Source: Nitrospirota bacterium
GTDB taxonomy: Bacteria; Nitrospirota; Thermodesulfovibrionia; Thermodesulfovibrionales; Dissulfurispiraceae
Direction of reading: 5' to 3'
DNA: 64,000 bases
Assembly (NCBI GenBank): GCA_963710375.1
Contig: CAVPZX010000001.1
Coordinates: forward strand, 32,001 to 96,000
Of the stretch, positions 1-10,396 are shown piece by piece (position 1 is the stretch's first letter; every line of letters starts with the position of its first letter). A program made the translations under genes and the position numbers. The notes under the pieces are model-generated. The model was not told where the DNA came from. It saw nothing but the letters and a program-made list of their open reading frames with translations, and did not search any database.

Positions 1-1
1 T

Positions 2-1189
2 ATGTTGCTCGGATTCTCTTCAGGACTGCCACTTGCCCTGACGGGCGGAACATTGCAGGCGTGGATGGCGGTTGCGGGAGTGGATCTTCGCACTATCGGT
101 GTGTTCGCACTTGCCGGACTGCCGTACACATTGAAGTTCATCTGGTCGCCTATTATGGACCGTTTCATACCCCCATGGCTTGGCAGAAGGAGAGGGTGGA
201 TACTTATCGCACAGATATGTCTTGTTGCTGGCATAGCTGCGATGGCATTTGGTTCTCCACGGCAGTACCCTCTTGTCATGGGAGCACTCGCTCTGCTGGT
301 CGCTTTTGCGTCCGCATCTCAGGACATTGTCGTTGACGCTTATCGGACAGATGTTCTGCATGAGAAGGAGCGAGGCGCTGGCGCTGCGGTTTCTGTTATG
401 GGCTACCGCATTGCAATGATTGTTTCGAGTGCGGTGGCGCTGATCCTTGCCGACAGAATAGGATGGCGCTATACATATCTTCTTATGTCGATCATAATGA
501 TTGCCGGCATGGCTGCAACTGTAATGGGTCCGGAGCCTGAGGGGGCAATAGCTCCCCCGAAGAACATTCGGGAGGCGGCGTGGGGACCGCTTAAAGATTT
601 TTTCTCTCGCAGATCGGCTTTTACCCTCATACTGGTAATTGTGCTGTATAAACTCGGTGATGCGTATGCAGGGACCCTTACGACAGCGTTTCTGATAAGA
701 GGATTGGGATTTTCGCTGACCGATGTGGGTACGATCAATAAAAGTCTGGGTCTCGTCTCACTGATAATCGGGGCATTGTTCGGCGGAACGCTCATGGTAC
801 GGCTCGGACTCTACAAATCATTGATGCTGTTCGGCATTCTGCAGGCGTCATCTATCCTGTTGTTTATGGCACTTGCCCTGGCAGGCAAAAGCTATCTCAT
901 GATGATTGTCGCCGTTGCCTTTGAGAACCTCTGCGGCGGTATGGGAACGGCTGCGTTCGTCTCTCTTCTGATGGCATTGTGCAACCACCGCTACAGTGCA
1001 ACCCAATATGCCTTGCTGTCGTCTCTCGCCTCGTTAGGGAGGATATTTATAGCGCCCTCATCTGGATATGTTGTTGAACTGGTGGGCTGGCCCCGGTTTT
1101 TTCTTCTCGCCACTATATCTGCAATTCCGGGACTGCTGCTCTTAAGGTTGGTGAGAGGGGATATAATGGCATTAAGGCATGAAACATAA
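2..1189 (+). CDS. ampG: AmpG-family muropeptide MFS permease (N-terminus probably cut by window edge)
   Basis: LGFSSGLPLAL, LPYTLKFIWSP, GRRRGW, SASQDIVVDAYR and YSATQYALLSSL motifs; about 12 hydrophobic segments. Confidence 0.9.
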   Translation: MLLGFSSGLPLALTGGTLQAWMAVAGVDLRTIGVFALAGLPYTLKFIWSPIMDRFIPPWLGRRRGWILIAQICLVAGIAAMAFGSPRQYPLVMGALALLVAFASASQDIVVDAYRTDVLHEKERGAGAAVSVMGYRIAMIVSSAVALILADRIGWRYTYLLMSIIMIAGMAATVMGPEPEGAIAPPKNIREAAWGPLKDFFSRRSAFTLILVIVLYKLGDAYAGTLTTAFLIRGLGFSLTDVGTINKSLGLVSLIIGALFGGTLMVRLGLYKSLMLFGILQASSILLFMALALAGKSYLMMIVAVAFENLCGGMGTAAFVSLLMALCNHRYSATQYALLSSLASLGRIFIAPSSGYVVELVGWPRFFLLATISAIPGLLLLRLVRGDIMALRHET

Positions 1190-1214
1190 GGGCTTAACGA
1201 CCATCTATCATGTT

Positions 1215-1784
1215 TTATTTAAAATATTTTTTCATCTCTCCTGGATATAATTTGCGCTCGCCGGGAGGCGATACACTTTCTGCCGTTTTCCATTTCTCCG
1301 GTTGCGGCTCAAAACCTTCTTTCGTGACCTCTGTCGGCGATATGTCGGCCATTACCGGATTGTTTCGGACATCAAAATATTGCGAGTTGCAGCTAAATTC
1401 GAGTGAAATTCCGTTCGGGTCAAAGGTGAACACTGAGTGAATGAAACCATTATCGATCATCTCCGAAACCCAGATATCCTGGGCCTCCAGTTTTTCTTTA
1501 ATCTGCCAGAGCGCATCATCATTTTCGACGCCTAGTGAGACATGATCAAAAACGAGAGGGCCTTTGGCAACACTGCCGGCATCCTTCTCCTCGATTGGTT
1601 CTACATCGGGCCACTCGAAAAAAGCCGCAAGGCAGGTTCCGGCGACCTCGAAGAAATACTGCCGGTATCCAGGCTTGCCGAGCGCCGCGACTAGCCTCAT
1701 GCCGAGCAAGTCCCTCCAGAAGCGGACCGTCATATCCATGTCCTTCGTTACCATGGCGAGATGATGGACTCCATTGTATTTCAT
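1215..1784 (-). CDS. VOC/glyoxalase family protein
   Basis: GVHHLAMV...FWRDLLGM; FDHVSL; SVFTFDPNGISLEF; AGGAGG RBS upstream. Confidence 0.85.
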   Translation of the reverse strand: MKYNGVHHLAMVTKDMDMTVRFWRDLLGMRLVAALGKPGYRQYFFEVAGTCLAAFFEWPDVEPIEEKDAGSVAKGPLVFDHVSLGVENDDALWQIKEKLEAQDIWVSEMIDNGFIHSVFTFDPNGISLEFSCNSQYFDVRNNPVMADISPTEVTKEGFEPQPEKWKTAESVSPPGERKLYPGEMKKYFK

Positions 1785-1941
1785 CGTTCCTCCTAAATGC
1801 TTTCTATATGATCATTATTTACCACCGCTTAATCTATATTCAAGTATTCATCTGAATAGAATTTTTGGTTCTGTTGCAAGAAAAAGTTTTTCCGATAAAA
1901 ATAGGGTAGACTGTATAGTATGAATTAAAGGAGGAATCACC

Positions 1942-2865
1942 CTGCAGTCCGAAACCTTCACATTCAGAGATCCCCAGGGTATCGAAATCTTTGTTCATAG
2001 GTGGCTGCCCGATACTAAGTTAAAACCTAAAGCAGTGGTGCAAATCTCCCATGGTATGGCTGAAACATCGGCCCGTTATGAAAGATTTGCCAAAGCCTTG
2101 ACTGAAGCCGGATATATAGTATATGCGAACGATCATCGCGGCCACGGCCGGACGGCTAAAAATCTAGCTAACGTAGGATATATGGGCAAAGACGGTTTCA
2201 ATTGGGCGGTAAAAGACCTGCACCAGTTAACCCTAATCATCAAAGAGGAAAAGGCCGGTCTGCCAATTTTTTTGTTGGGGCATAGCATGGGCTCATATTT
2301 GACGCAACAATATATTTACCGGTATGGTTCTGGGTTAAAAGGCGCAATTCTCTCCGGCACCAGCGGCAAAAAAGGTTCCATCCTGGACATGGGGATTGTC
2401 CTGGCGAGATTAATAATGCTCTTCAAAGGTGCCAAGAGCGCCAGCCCGCTTCTTAGTGTAATGACTTTTGGCAGTTATAATGACCGATTCAAACCCAACC
2501 GCACCAATTTCGACTGGTTAAGCCGGGATAATGCGGAAGTTGACAAATACATCAGCGATCCGTTTTGCGGAACACTATTTAGCGCGGGGTTTTTTTATGA
2601 TTTATTTCGTGGACTGAAAGACATTCACCGGATCCAAAATCAACAAAAAATCTCTAAAAATTTACCGCTTTACCTCTTCTCCGGCATTATGGACCCGGTG
2701 GGCAATTACACTAAAAGCGTTGTCCAATTGATCCAGACCTATCAAATATTAAAATTGTCGGATGTAGCATATAAATTCTATCCAGGCGGCAGGCATGAAA
2801 TGCTCAATGAGATCAACAGGGATGAAGTGACCCAAAATATAATAGATTGGCTGAACGCTCATTAA
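1942..2865 (+). CDS. Alpha/beta hydrolase, lysophospholipase (PldB-like); probable CTG start
   Basis: HGMAE, DHRGHG, GHSMG nucleophile, DPVG, RHEMLNE; frame open to CTG at 1942, 7 nt after AAAGGAGG, adding QSETFTFRDPQGIEIFVHRWLP. Confidence 0.88.
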   Translation: MQSETFTFRDPQGIEIFVHRWLPDTKLKPKAVVQISHGMAETSARYERFAKALTEAGYIVYANDHRGHGRTAKNLANVGYMGKDGFNWAVKDLHQLTLIIKEEKAGLPIFLLGHSMGSYLTQQYIYRYGSGLKGAILSGTSGKKGSILDMGIVLARLIMLFKGAKSASPLLSVMTFGSYNDRFKPNRTNFDWLSRDNAEVDKYISDPFCGTLFSAGFFYDLFRGLKDIHRIQNQQKISKNLPLYLFSGIMDPVGNYTKSVVQLIQTYQILKLSDVAYKFYPGGRHEMLNEINRDEVTQNIIDWLNAH

Positions 2866-3038
2866 ATAACTTTTATAGTTATCAAGGGGAAAAAAGAACT
2901 CAGAAGGAAAAGCATAGGGTTGATTATGTTCCATCTGTTATGCTAAAAAATTGGGTATAGAATGCTGCAGCTGGGGAACGCAGCTGAAAAAAATGACATT
3001 TTTGATAATAAATATACCAGCATTGAGGGAGGACAATT

Positions 3039-4688
3039 ATGAGCAGTACTAACGATCAATACCGGGCCGGGCTGGACAAGAACAAGGCTAATTATGCGCA
3101 GCTAACCCCGCTCTCATTCATCGATCGCACGGCGAGCGTGTATCCCGACAGGATGGCGGTTATCCATGGCGCTCAGCGATACACGTGGAAGGAAACCTAC
3201 GCCCGCTGCCGTCGCCTAGCCTCCGCGCTCGCAAAGCGCGGGATAGGAGTTGGTGACACGGTCTCAGCGATGCTGCCCAACATTCCGTCCATGTACGAGG
3301 CGCAATTCGGCGTACCGATGTGCGGTGCAGTGCTGAACACGATGAATACACGGCTGGATGCCGAGGCGATTGCGTTCATGCTCAACCATGCAGAGTCGAA
3401 GGTACTGATTGCGGATAGGGAATACTCGGAGACGGTTGCCAAGGTGCTGCAGATGCTGGGACGCCCAATACTGGTGGTGGATGTGGACGATCCCGAGTAC
3501 TCCGGTCCTGGCGTGCGTGTCGGCAGTCTGGAGTATGAGACGCTGCTCGCTGAAGGGGACCCGGAATATCCGTGGAATGGGCCGGAAGACGAATGGGATG
3601 CGATATCACTCAACTATACATCCGGCACCACCGGAAACCCAAAGGGCGTGGTGTACCACCACCGCGGCGCTTATCTTAACGCTCTCGGCAACATTGTGGC
3701 GTGGGCTATGCCGCACTATGCGGTGTATCTCTGGACGCTGCCGATGTTTCATTGCAACGGCTGGTGTTTTCCCTGGACGTTGGCTGCGAACGCCGGCACC
3801 AGCGTGTGCTTGCGCAAAGTCGATGCGGCAATGATCTTCGGACTCATCAAAGAGCACCGGGTGACGCACTACTGTGGCGCCCCGGTTGTCCACACCGCAC
3901 TGATCAACGCCCCCTCCGAGCTGAAAAAAGGCATCGACTGGAAGGTCAGTGCTTTCATTGCGGGTGCGGCGCCGCCAGTTGCGATCATTGAGGGGATGGA
4001 GAAAATGGGCTTCTCGATCACCCACGTCTACGGGCTCACCGAGACATACGGCCCTGCCACGGTATGCGCGAAACATACCGAGTGGGATGGTCTGCCGCTT
4101 GCCGAGCAGGCGAGGCTGAATGGCAGGCAAGGGGTGCGCTATCCTGTCGAGGAGGGGGTCACGGTTATGCATCCCTTGACGATGAAGCCTGTACCACAGG
4201 ACGGTGAGACGATAGGGGAGATCATGTTCCGCGGAAACATCGTTATGAAGGGATACCTGAAGAACCCTAAGGCAACCCAGGAGGCGTTCGCCGGCGGCTG
4301 GTTCCACTCCGGCGACCTCGCGGTGATGTACCCGGACGGTTACATCAAGATAAAGGACCGCTCTAAGGACGTAATCATCTCTGGCGGCGAGAACATCAGC
4401 TCGCTCGAGGTGGAGGACGTGCTGTACCAGCATCCGGCTGTGTTGGCCGCAGCAGTGGTGGCGCAGGCGGACACGAAATGGGGTGAGACCCCATGCGCGT
4501 TCGTCGAACTGAAGCAGGGTGCGAAAACCTCCGAATCCGAGATCATCGAGTTCTGCAGACAACACCTTGCTCGCTTCAAAGTTCCTAAATGCATTGTGTT
4601 CGGCGAGTTGCCGCGGACTTCGACCGGCAAGGTGCAGAAATATATTTTGCGCCAGCGAGCCAAATCGTCCGAGGCGATAGACACTTAA
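3039..4688 (+). CDS. Acyl-CoA synthetase / AMP-binding enzyme
   Basis: YTSGTTGNPKG, YGLTE, FHSGD, DRSKDVIISGGENISS and PRTSTGKVQK adenylate-forming motifs; GGAGG RBS. Confidence 0.93.
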   Translation: MSSTNDQYRAGLDKNKANYAQLTPLSFIDRTASVYPDRMAVIHGAQRYTWKETYARCRRLASALAKRGIGVGDTVSAMLPNIPSMYEAQFGVPMCGAVLNTMNTRLDAEAIAFMLNHAESKVLIADREYSETVAKVLQMLGRPILVVDVDDPEYSGPGVRVGSLEYETLLAEGDPEYPWNGPEDEWDAISLNYTSGTTGNPKGVVYHHRGAYLNALGNIVAWAMPHYAVYLWTLPMFHCNGWCFPWTLAANAGTSVCLRKVDAAMIFGLIKEHRVTHYCGAPVVHTALINAPSELKKGIDWKVSAFIAGAAPPVAIIEGMEKMGFSITHVYGLTETYGPATVCAKHTEWDGLPLAEQARLNGRQGVRYPVEEGVTVMHPLTMKPVPQDGETIGEIMFRGNIVMKGYLKNPKATQEAFAGGWFHSGDLAVMYPDGYIKIKDRSKDVIISGGENISSLEVEDVLYQHPAVLAAAVVAQADTKWGETPCAFVELKQGAKTSESEIIEFCRQHLARFKVPKCIVFGELPRTSTGKVQKYILRQRAKSSEAIDT

Positions 4689-4764
4689 GGAGAATTCTAA
4701 AACCTGAACACAAGAGAAGTCAGGCCGTGCAGAGATTTGCTGTCCAGCTTCCCGTCGGACATTC

Positions 4765-4869
4765 TCAGGGTAGCAACTTCGGCCATGCAATAAGGCCGGT
4801 CGCTTTTGCGGCTTCCCACAGTTGCAGGTCGTAGCTCGCCAGCGTAACCGGATCACCAAGCATGTCCTG
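4765..4869 (-). pseudogene. C-terminal remnant of a PIN-domain (VapC-like) toxin
   Basis: Manual translation QDMLGDPVTLASYDLQLWEAAKATGLIAWPKLLP* resembles the end of VapC PIN proteins; no N-terminal part. Confidence 0.55.
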
Positions 4870-5095
4870 AATATGATGAGGGGCACGAGTTGAAATGCTC
4901 AGGGTTCATTTCAAGACTGCACCGACAAACAAACGTTTCAGCAGTGAGGGCTTCGACAACAGCTGCTCACAGCAATCATGCGTGCGATCTTTTTCATGAA
5001 GTGCGCTGGTTATTTTTGAAAATTCGCTGGTGTTGCATCGTCAAATGTCAAGGGCTGACGCCGCTTCTGCTTACTTCTGCCCGCACCGCCGTATC

Positions 5096-6232
5096 TCAGC
5101 CTCTGAAAATATCGAAAGGCTCTATCTTGACCACCTTCCTTATCCCTATATAACTTGAAACCCCGGCTATAATGAGTACCATGACAAACGCCAACCCGAG
5201 ATTCCAAAAAGTTATTCTGGCCGCGTAACTGGGCAGCCTGAGTCTTGCCATGGCTATCACGAGAGAGGCAAAGCCGACACCCAGACCGTAACCGGCAAGG
5301 GCCGTAAAAGTCGTCTGGAACATTATCATGTAGATCAGCTCTTTCCCTTTTGCCCCAACCGCCTTCAAGGCCCCGAATTTATCAAGATTCTCAAGGATGA
5401 AGGTATAGAAGGTCTGGGCGGAAAGCGATAAGCCTACAACGAAACTTATTACCGTCATTACCAGAACAATAGTTCCAGCACTTGTCTGATATTTATAAAA
5501 GTCAGAGATCCTCTGCTTGAACTCATCCGCTGTCAACGCCAAATATCCAAGGTCTCTCACTTGCTCTTTGATGTATGGAACTGCATCGAGGCTCTTGGGC
5601 TCTACCAAGACATATGAGATGGTAAATCTACTATTAGGTATGTACTGAACAGCTCTATCATAAGTGGTATAAAGGGTAGGGATTCCGAACAGGCCGCTAC
5701 TAGTTACTTTGGCGATGCCGATAATGACCCCTCTGTGGTCGTTTACCTCGAACTCTGTGCCGAGCCTGGGATTGCCGAGTTTAGGGAATTCCGCATCCTT
5801 GACCACAATGAAGGAGTTTTCAGCATAGATGTCCTCGATATGCCCCTCTATAAGGTTGGGCCTCCCAAAGAGGCTTGCATCATCCAGTCCAATGACATTT
5901 ACGGATTGATAGGTCCCGTTCCGCAGCTTGACAAGGGCTCCTCCAGAATACAACGGCACTGCGTATTTGACGCCGCTGATGCTCCGCACCGCATCAAGAA
6001 CATAATCGGGCATAGGGATAGTGTTCGCAACGGTATTTACAGACGAGTCCATCACCCAGATCTTGGACCCCACATTTATTACCGTTGCAGACGCCCTGTG
6101 CAGAATGCCGGCGAACATCGACGTCATCATAAGCATCAGAAAGATAGCAAATATTATCCCGACGAGCAAGGCAGCGAATTTGCTTTTGTCATTTACCAAT
6201 AGCTTATATGCTATTTTCAGGATTCCCTTCAT
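5096..6232 (-). CDS. ABC transporter permease (FtsX/MacB-like, DevC type); orphan
   Basis: N-terminal TM, large periplasmic domain, FGALKAVGA motif, three C-terminal TMs ending EPFDIFRG. Confidence 0.85.
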   Translation of the reverse strand: MKGILKIAYKLLVNDKSKFAALLVGIIFAIFLMLMMTSMFAGILHRASATVINVGSKIWVMDSSVNTVANTIPMPDYVLDAVRSISGVKYAVPLYSGGALVKLRNGTYQSVNVIGLDDASLFGRPNLIEGHIEDIYAENSFIVVKDAEFPKLGNPRLGTEFEVNDHRGVIIGIAKVTSSGLFGIPTLYTTYDRAVQYIPNSRFTISYVLVEPKSLDAVPYIKEQVRDLGYLALTADEFKQRISDFYKYQTSAGTIVLVMTVISFVVGLSLSAQTFYTFILENLDKFGALKAVGAKGKELIYMIMFQTTFTALAGYGLGVGFASLVIAMARLRLPSYAARITFWNLGLAFVMVLIIAGVSSYIGIRKVVKIEPFDIFRG

Positions 6233-6399
6233 AGCTTGCCCTCTATCAGGGACTTACCGGGCGTTTGTAAAAGGAAGGAAGATATAGGTATTCTTATACT
6301 CATAGATGCGCGAAGTTAACTTCTGAATTAAAAGTTTTACGTTTAGCCTCTAAATAGACCACAGTTTGACTTTTTTTTATTTTGAACTCTTAGTTTTGC

Positions 6400-6567
6400 T
6401 TATTCTTTTGCCTCATGCCATCTTGTATTAGACCTCTCAACGGTGCGCTTTCTTGATACAGCAGCATCAATATCTTTCGCATGAACGCTTATTTCACGGG
6501 TCTTTATAATACGTTCGGCTTCAAGCCAGTGATCGACATCCCTGCCTGAACCCTGCCGCCTCCAGTT
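6400..6567 (-). pseudogene. 5'-truncated DUF2934-like remnant
   Basis: Manual translation NWRRQGSGRDVDHWLEAERIIKT...EAKE*; G-R-D-x-x-H-W-L-E-A-E-R is the DUF2934 signature; no start codon before the upstream in-frame stop. Confidence 0.5.
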
Positions 6568-6931
6568 TATAACGATGATTTTAATTGGGCGAAAACAACT
6601 TTCTTCTTCATGTTCAGATTATAGCAAGCCGATTGTGAATTGCAACTAATCGGATAGTAGGGCCTCTGCATTGATTAAGGTCGTACTCAGCGGTTTTTGA
6701 AAGCGCATCTCATGCGCGGCATACAGGAAAGACGTTTTGAAACTCGACTCCACCGAACTCCTTCATTATGGTAGGTTTGAGCCATGGAGCTGTATTATTA
6801 ATTTAAACTTTGATGTGTCCATTTATTCCCGAGCCCGATATATCCCAATCGCCTGTTATAGATAATAACTTAACTATTTTAAACATTTTGAAAAGCGCGG
6901 ACTAGGAGGAAGAAGTTGAAAATAGAGTCGA

Positions 6932-7213
6932 TTACTTAAGTGCGCCGTGTAATTCTTCTTCTACCTTCTCAGACAAGAAAATCTTCAGGAGCGACTGGTA
7001 AGGAACATCCCTTTTGTTCGCAAGTAACTTAAGATGTTCAATGAGAGATTCGGGCAGACGAATCGAGATTGTCTTAGTCGATGGCTTTAAGTTCGGAAAA
7101 ACAACACGTTTTGCCGTCGAGTAGTCAATATACTCAGTGGAATCATGAGTTGACCAAAACTCAGCTTCCTCTGCTTCGGTTTTAAACTTGGGTATCTTCT
7201 TGAGTCTGCTCAT
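6932..7213 (-). CDS. BrnA/CopG-like antitoxin
   Basis: IPKFKTEAEEAEFWSTHD; ribbon-helix-helix segment TKTISIRLP...PYQSLLK; overlaps the toxin gene. Confidence 0.85.
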   Translation of the reverse strand: MSRLKKIPKFKTEAEEAEFWSTHDSTEYIDYSTAKRVVFPNLKPSTKTISIRLPESLIEHLKLLANKRDVPYQSLLKIFLSEKVEEELHGALK

Positions 7214-7505
7214 ATGCTTTTTTCTCCTTCCGGTTCATGTCACGTGCCGATATTATTCTAATCTTAGCTCCCCTCAAAGTGAAAACAACAAAGAGCAATC
7301 TATCAGAATCTGTTTTACCCAATACAAAGTATCTGTCCTCACTTGTAGAGTGCGGCTCATCTCTTTTAAAAATAATCGGATCGTTAAAAAATATCTCTTC
7401 ACACTCGATATGAGAGACTCGATGTTTTTCCCAGTTCTTGTTGATATTTCCTTCATCCCAATCGAAACCTTCAGAACGAGATAATATGTCGATCCAATCT
7501 TTCAT
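7182..7505 (-). CDS. BrnT-family ribonuclease toxin
   Basis: FDWDEGN..KNWEKH, EDRYFVLG, LFVVFTLRG..IRIISAR. Confidence 0.9.
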   Translation of the reverse strand: MKDWIDILSRSEGFDWDEGNINKNWEKHRVSHIECEEIFFNDPIIFKRDEPHSTSEDRYFVLGKTDSDRLLFVVFTLRGAKIRIISARDMNRKEKKAYEQTQEDTQV

Positions 7506-7758
7506 GCTAGTATATTATCAATATATACAAAAGATGGCATCTTGTCAATCCTTTTAGAGCTTTTTAATCGTTTATTTACATAAGTAACATGCAAAAGGCT
7601 ATGAATTTGCAAAGATGCGAGTTGCAGGAAGAACCGCGCAAAAATTACTTTAGAATATTTAGTTATGTACTGATGGTGCTTCGCTCAGATTAATCGAATC
7701 TCTTTCACTGACACAGCCAATTGTAGCAGGAATATTCAAGCGGAACTGTCGTTTTGAA

Positions 7759-8502
7759 TCAGCTCCGGTACATTCCTCCGTTAATATTAATTGTCTGCCC
7801 TGTAATATAACCGTTGCGAACAAGCATGAGGGCTACGTCGGCTATTTCCTCAATAGTGCCGAAACGGCCCACCGGCACACGGTCGGGCTTTAGTTGTGGA
7901 AGGCCGGCGAGCATGTCAGTGATGACCGGACCCGGAGCGATCGCATTTACTGTGATGCCTTCCTTTGCCAGGTGAGCAGCGTAATAATGAGTCAATCCGA
8001 GAATGCCGGCCTTCGATGCGGCGTAATGAGGACCGACAGCTCCACCTATCTGTGCGGCGACCGATGAAAGGCTGACTATACGACCCCATTTCAGATTTCG
8101 CATGCCGGGAAGCACCGCCTGGATTGTCAGAAATGCAGATGTGAGATTAACGGCAATTGTGTCATTCCAGTCTTTTTCAGTTATATCTTCGATCGAATGG
8201 GTTATCCCGATTCCGGCATTGTTCACGAGGATGGATGGCTGGCCGAGTTCTTTTTCCACGATGTGAATCATGCGGTCGACATCAGCCGGCACTGATACAT
8301 CTGCTTTGACTGCCACAGCAAGACGACCGAGCCCCCTGATCTGAGCTATGACCTCCGCCGCTTCGCTGTCACGACTCCTGTAGTTGATGGCGATATTTGC
8401 GCCTGCGCCGGCAAGTGCAAGGGCTATGGCCCGTCCGATGCCCCGGCTCGCCCCGGTTACCAGAGCCACTTTACCTGTCAAATCGTCCACGGGATTCTCC
8501 AT
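7759..8502 (-). CDS. SDR oxidoreductase (FabG-like)
   Basis: TGASRGIG, NNAG, YAASK, NAIAPG. Confidence 0.9.
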   Translation of the reverse strand: MENPVDDLTGKVALVTGASRGIGRAIALALAGAGANIAINYRSRDSEAAEVIAQIRGLGRLAVAVKADVSVPADVDRMIHIVEKELGQPSILVNNAGIGITHSIEDITEKDWNDTIAVNLTSAFLTIQAVLPGMRNLKWGRIVSLSSVAAQIGGAVGPHYAASKAGILGLTHYYAAHLAKEGITVNAIAPGPVITDMLAGLPQLKPDRVPVGRFGTIEEIADVALMLVRNGYITGQTININGGMYRS

Positions 8503-8724
8503 TCGGCCTCCTGTATCAGTTATTCAAGCATAGCCATTTTCTGCTATGGCGCTATTGTCCAGTTTTGTGGCTATGTAAATTATATCGCCCGCCCGGGTGT
8601 TAATCAACCAGTTTCTTTTCCCTGTGTCGGCCCTCGGCTCTATGTTCTCATACCGCCTTTTTATTTTGTCAGATCGCCATCTTTTAAATAGATGATGTAG
8701 AATATTGAAAGAAGGAGCGGAAAG

Positions 8725-9603
8725 ATGATCCTGGTTGTCCACGGAGGGGCGGGGAGTAAGAGGCCAACGATAAATGCACTGAAGAAGATTTCTGAATCTC
8801 TTTCATCCGGATACAAAGTGTTGCACAAAGGTGGAACCGCACTCGACGCCGTGGTAAAATCTATAACCATCCTTGAAGATTCCGGAGTTTTTAATGCAGG
8901 CTCAGGAGGGAATCTGCAACTTGACGGTGTTAGAAGACTGGACGCATCCCTCATGGAGGGTGTCAACTTCAAGGTTGGGGCCGCCATAGGTATTGAAGGG
9001 GTAAAAAACCCGATTCAACTGGCGAGGATTATAATGGACTTGCCCAATGTGATATTGACTAATAGGGGGGCAAAAAAAATTGCGGATGCGCATCAACTCG
9101 CGCGCCTACCCCAAGCGGATAAGACAGCATTAAAGAGACTGAAGAAAGCATATAGGGAAGAAGAGCAGGTGCGACGGCTTTATGAAGAATATTTTTCTAC
9201 GGTTGGCGCAGTTGCATTAGACAACTCCGGCGCATTGGCTGCCGGTTCGTCTACCGGCGGAATACACGCAATGCTTCCGGGGAGGGTAGGCGATACGCCC
9301 ATTATCGGAGCTGGTGTTTATGCGGAAAATCCAGTTGGGGCTGTCGCATGTACAGGCCAAGGCGAGTGCATTCTTAGGCTTGCCCTCGCAAAGGAAATAT
9401 GCATGAATCTAAAAGTGAAGACTCCTCTCAGGGCAGCGCGCTATTCTCTGAAAAGGCTTCTGAACTTAGGAGGCAGGGCAGGCGTTATTGTGATAAATGA
9501 GAAAGGCCAATTTGCTATTTTGCATTCCACGCCATTTTTGGCAGCCGGGCATGTCAGCAAAAAAGGATCAGTAATCAAAGAACGATTTGGGATCCTGGTC
9601 TGA
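8725..9603 (+). CDS. iaaA: Isoaspartyl peptidase / plant-type L-asparaginase (Ntn hydrolase)
   Basis: VHGGAG, LEDSGVFNAG, TVGAVA nucleophile Thr, STGG, GRVGDTP, TGQGE. Confidence 0.88.
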   Translation: MILVVHGGAGSKRPTINALKKISESLSSGYKVLHKGGTALDAVVKSITILEDSGVFNAGSGGNLQLDGVRRLDASLMEGVNFKVGAAIGIEGVKNPIQLARIIMDLPNVILTNRGAKKIADAHQLARLPQADKTALKRLKKAYREEEQVRRLYEEYFSTVGAVALDNSGALAAGSSTGGIHAMLPGRVGDTPIIGAGVYAENPVGAVACTGQGECILRLALAKEICMNLKVKTPLRAARYSLKRLLNLGGRAGVIVINEKGQFAILHSTPFLAAGHVSKKGSVIKERFGILV

Positions 9604-9629
9604 AACAATCATCGGAGAAGAGAGCACCT

Positions 9630-10373
9630 ATGGAAACGAAGAATAGGCCATCCTTAATCGCCAGGACAGGGTTTTTAATCGCCCTTATTGCAGGTTTTGC
9701 AGCGATACTAGCGGGACGCGGTACGAGCTATGGGATATGGAGCTACCGGACCGGTATTTCGGTGCTCCGTTGGGCTGCTTACGGAGGGATCACAGCGGCG
9801 GCACTATCACTGATCGGACTCATAGCGTCTCTCCGAATCGTAATTGTCCGGGGTTTCCTGTGCGCTATCCTGGGTGTTGTCATAGGCTGTTTTGTCGCTG
9901 GGATAGTGCTTCACTGGAAAAAGGTTGCCGAGACCGTGCCGCCGATTCACGACATTACTACCGATACTAAGACCGCCCCACAGTTTGTCACGATCCTGAG
10001 ACTTCTCAAGAGTGATAAGAATTCTCCTGTTTACGGGGGAGAGGCGGTGGCCGTCCAGCAGCGGAAGGCGTATCCGGACATCGTCCCTCTCATTCTCCCT
10101 CTTCCTCCGGATCAAGCCTTTGAAAGGGCCCTTGCCGTGGCAAGGCGGTTGGGATGGCAGATCATCGACGCTGACAAAGACTCCGGGCGTATTGAAGCTG
10201 TTGCTACTACTTTCTGGTTTGGGTTCAGCGACGACATTGTTGTCAGGCTCAGAAAGCAAAATTCAGGATGCCGGGTCGATATTCGGTCTGAATCGCGCGT
10301 CGGGGTGAGTGACCTCGGAAAAAATGCGGAAAGAATACGAAGATTTCTTAAAGCGATGAAGGATTCTAAATGA
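9630..10373 (+). CDS. DUF1499 family membrane protein
   Basis: Three N-terminal TMs; PPIHDITTD, QRKAYPDI, IEAVATTFWFGFSDD, VDIRSESRVGVSDLGKNAERI. Confidence 0.85.
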   Translation: METKNRPSLIARTGFLIALIAGFAAILAGRGTSYGIWSYRTGISVLRWAAYGGITAAALSLIGLIASLRIVIVRGFLCAILGVVIGCFVAGIVLHWKKVAETVPPIHDITTDTKTAPQFVTILRLLKSDKNSPVYGGEAVAVQQRKAYPDIVPLILPLPPDQAFERALAVARRLGWQIIDADKDSGRIEAVATTFWFGFSDDIVVRLRKQNSGCRVDIRSESRVGVSDLGKNAERIRRFLKAMKDSK

Positions 10374-10396
10374 TCGCTCTTATGTTATATTAAATT

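Noticed and set aside
3606..4886. 426-aa minus-strand ORF
   Set aside because: Antisense shadow of the GC-rich acyl-CoA synthetase; no motifs
8524..8742. 72-aa minus-strand ORF between the SDR and asparaginase genes
   Set aside because: Overlaps the iaaA start and promoter region; no RBS or recognisable motif
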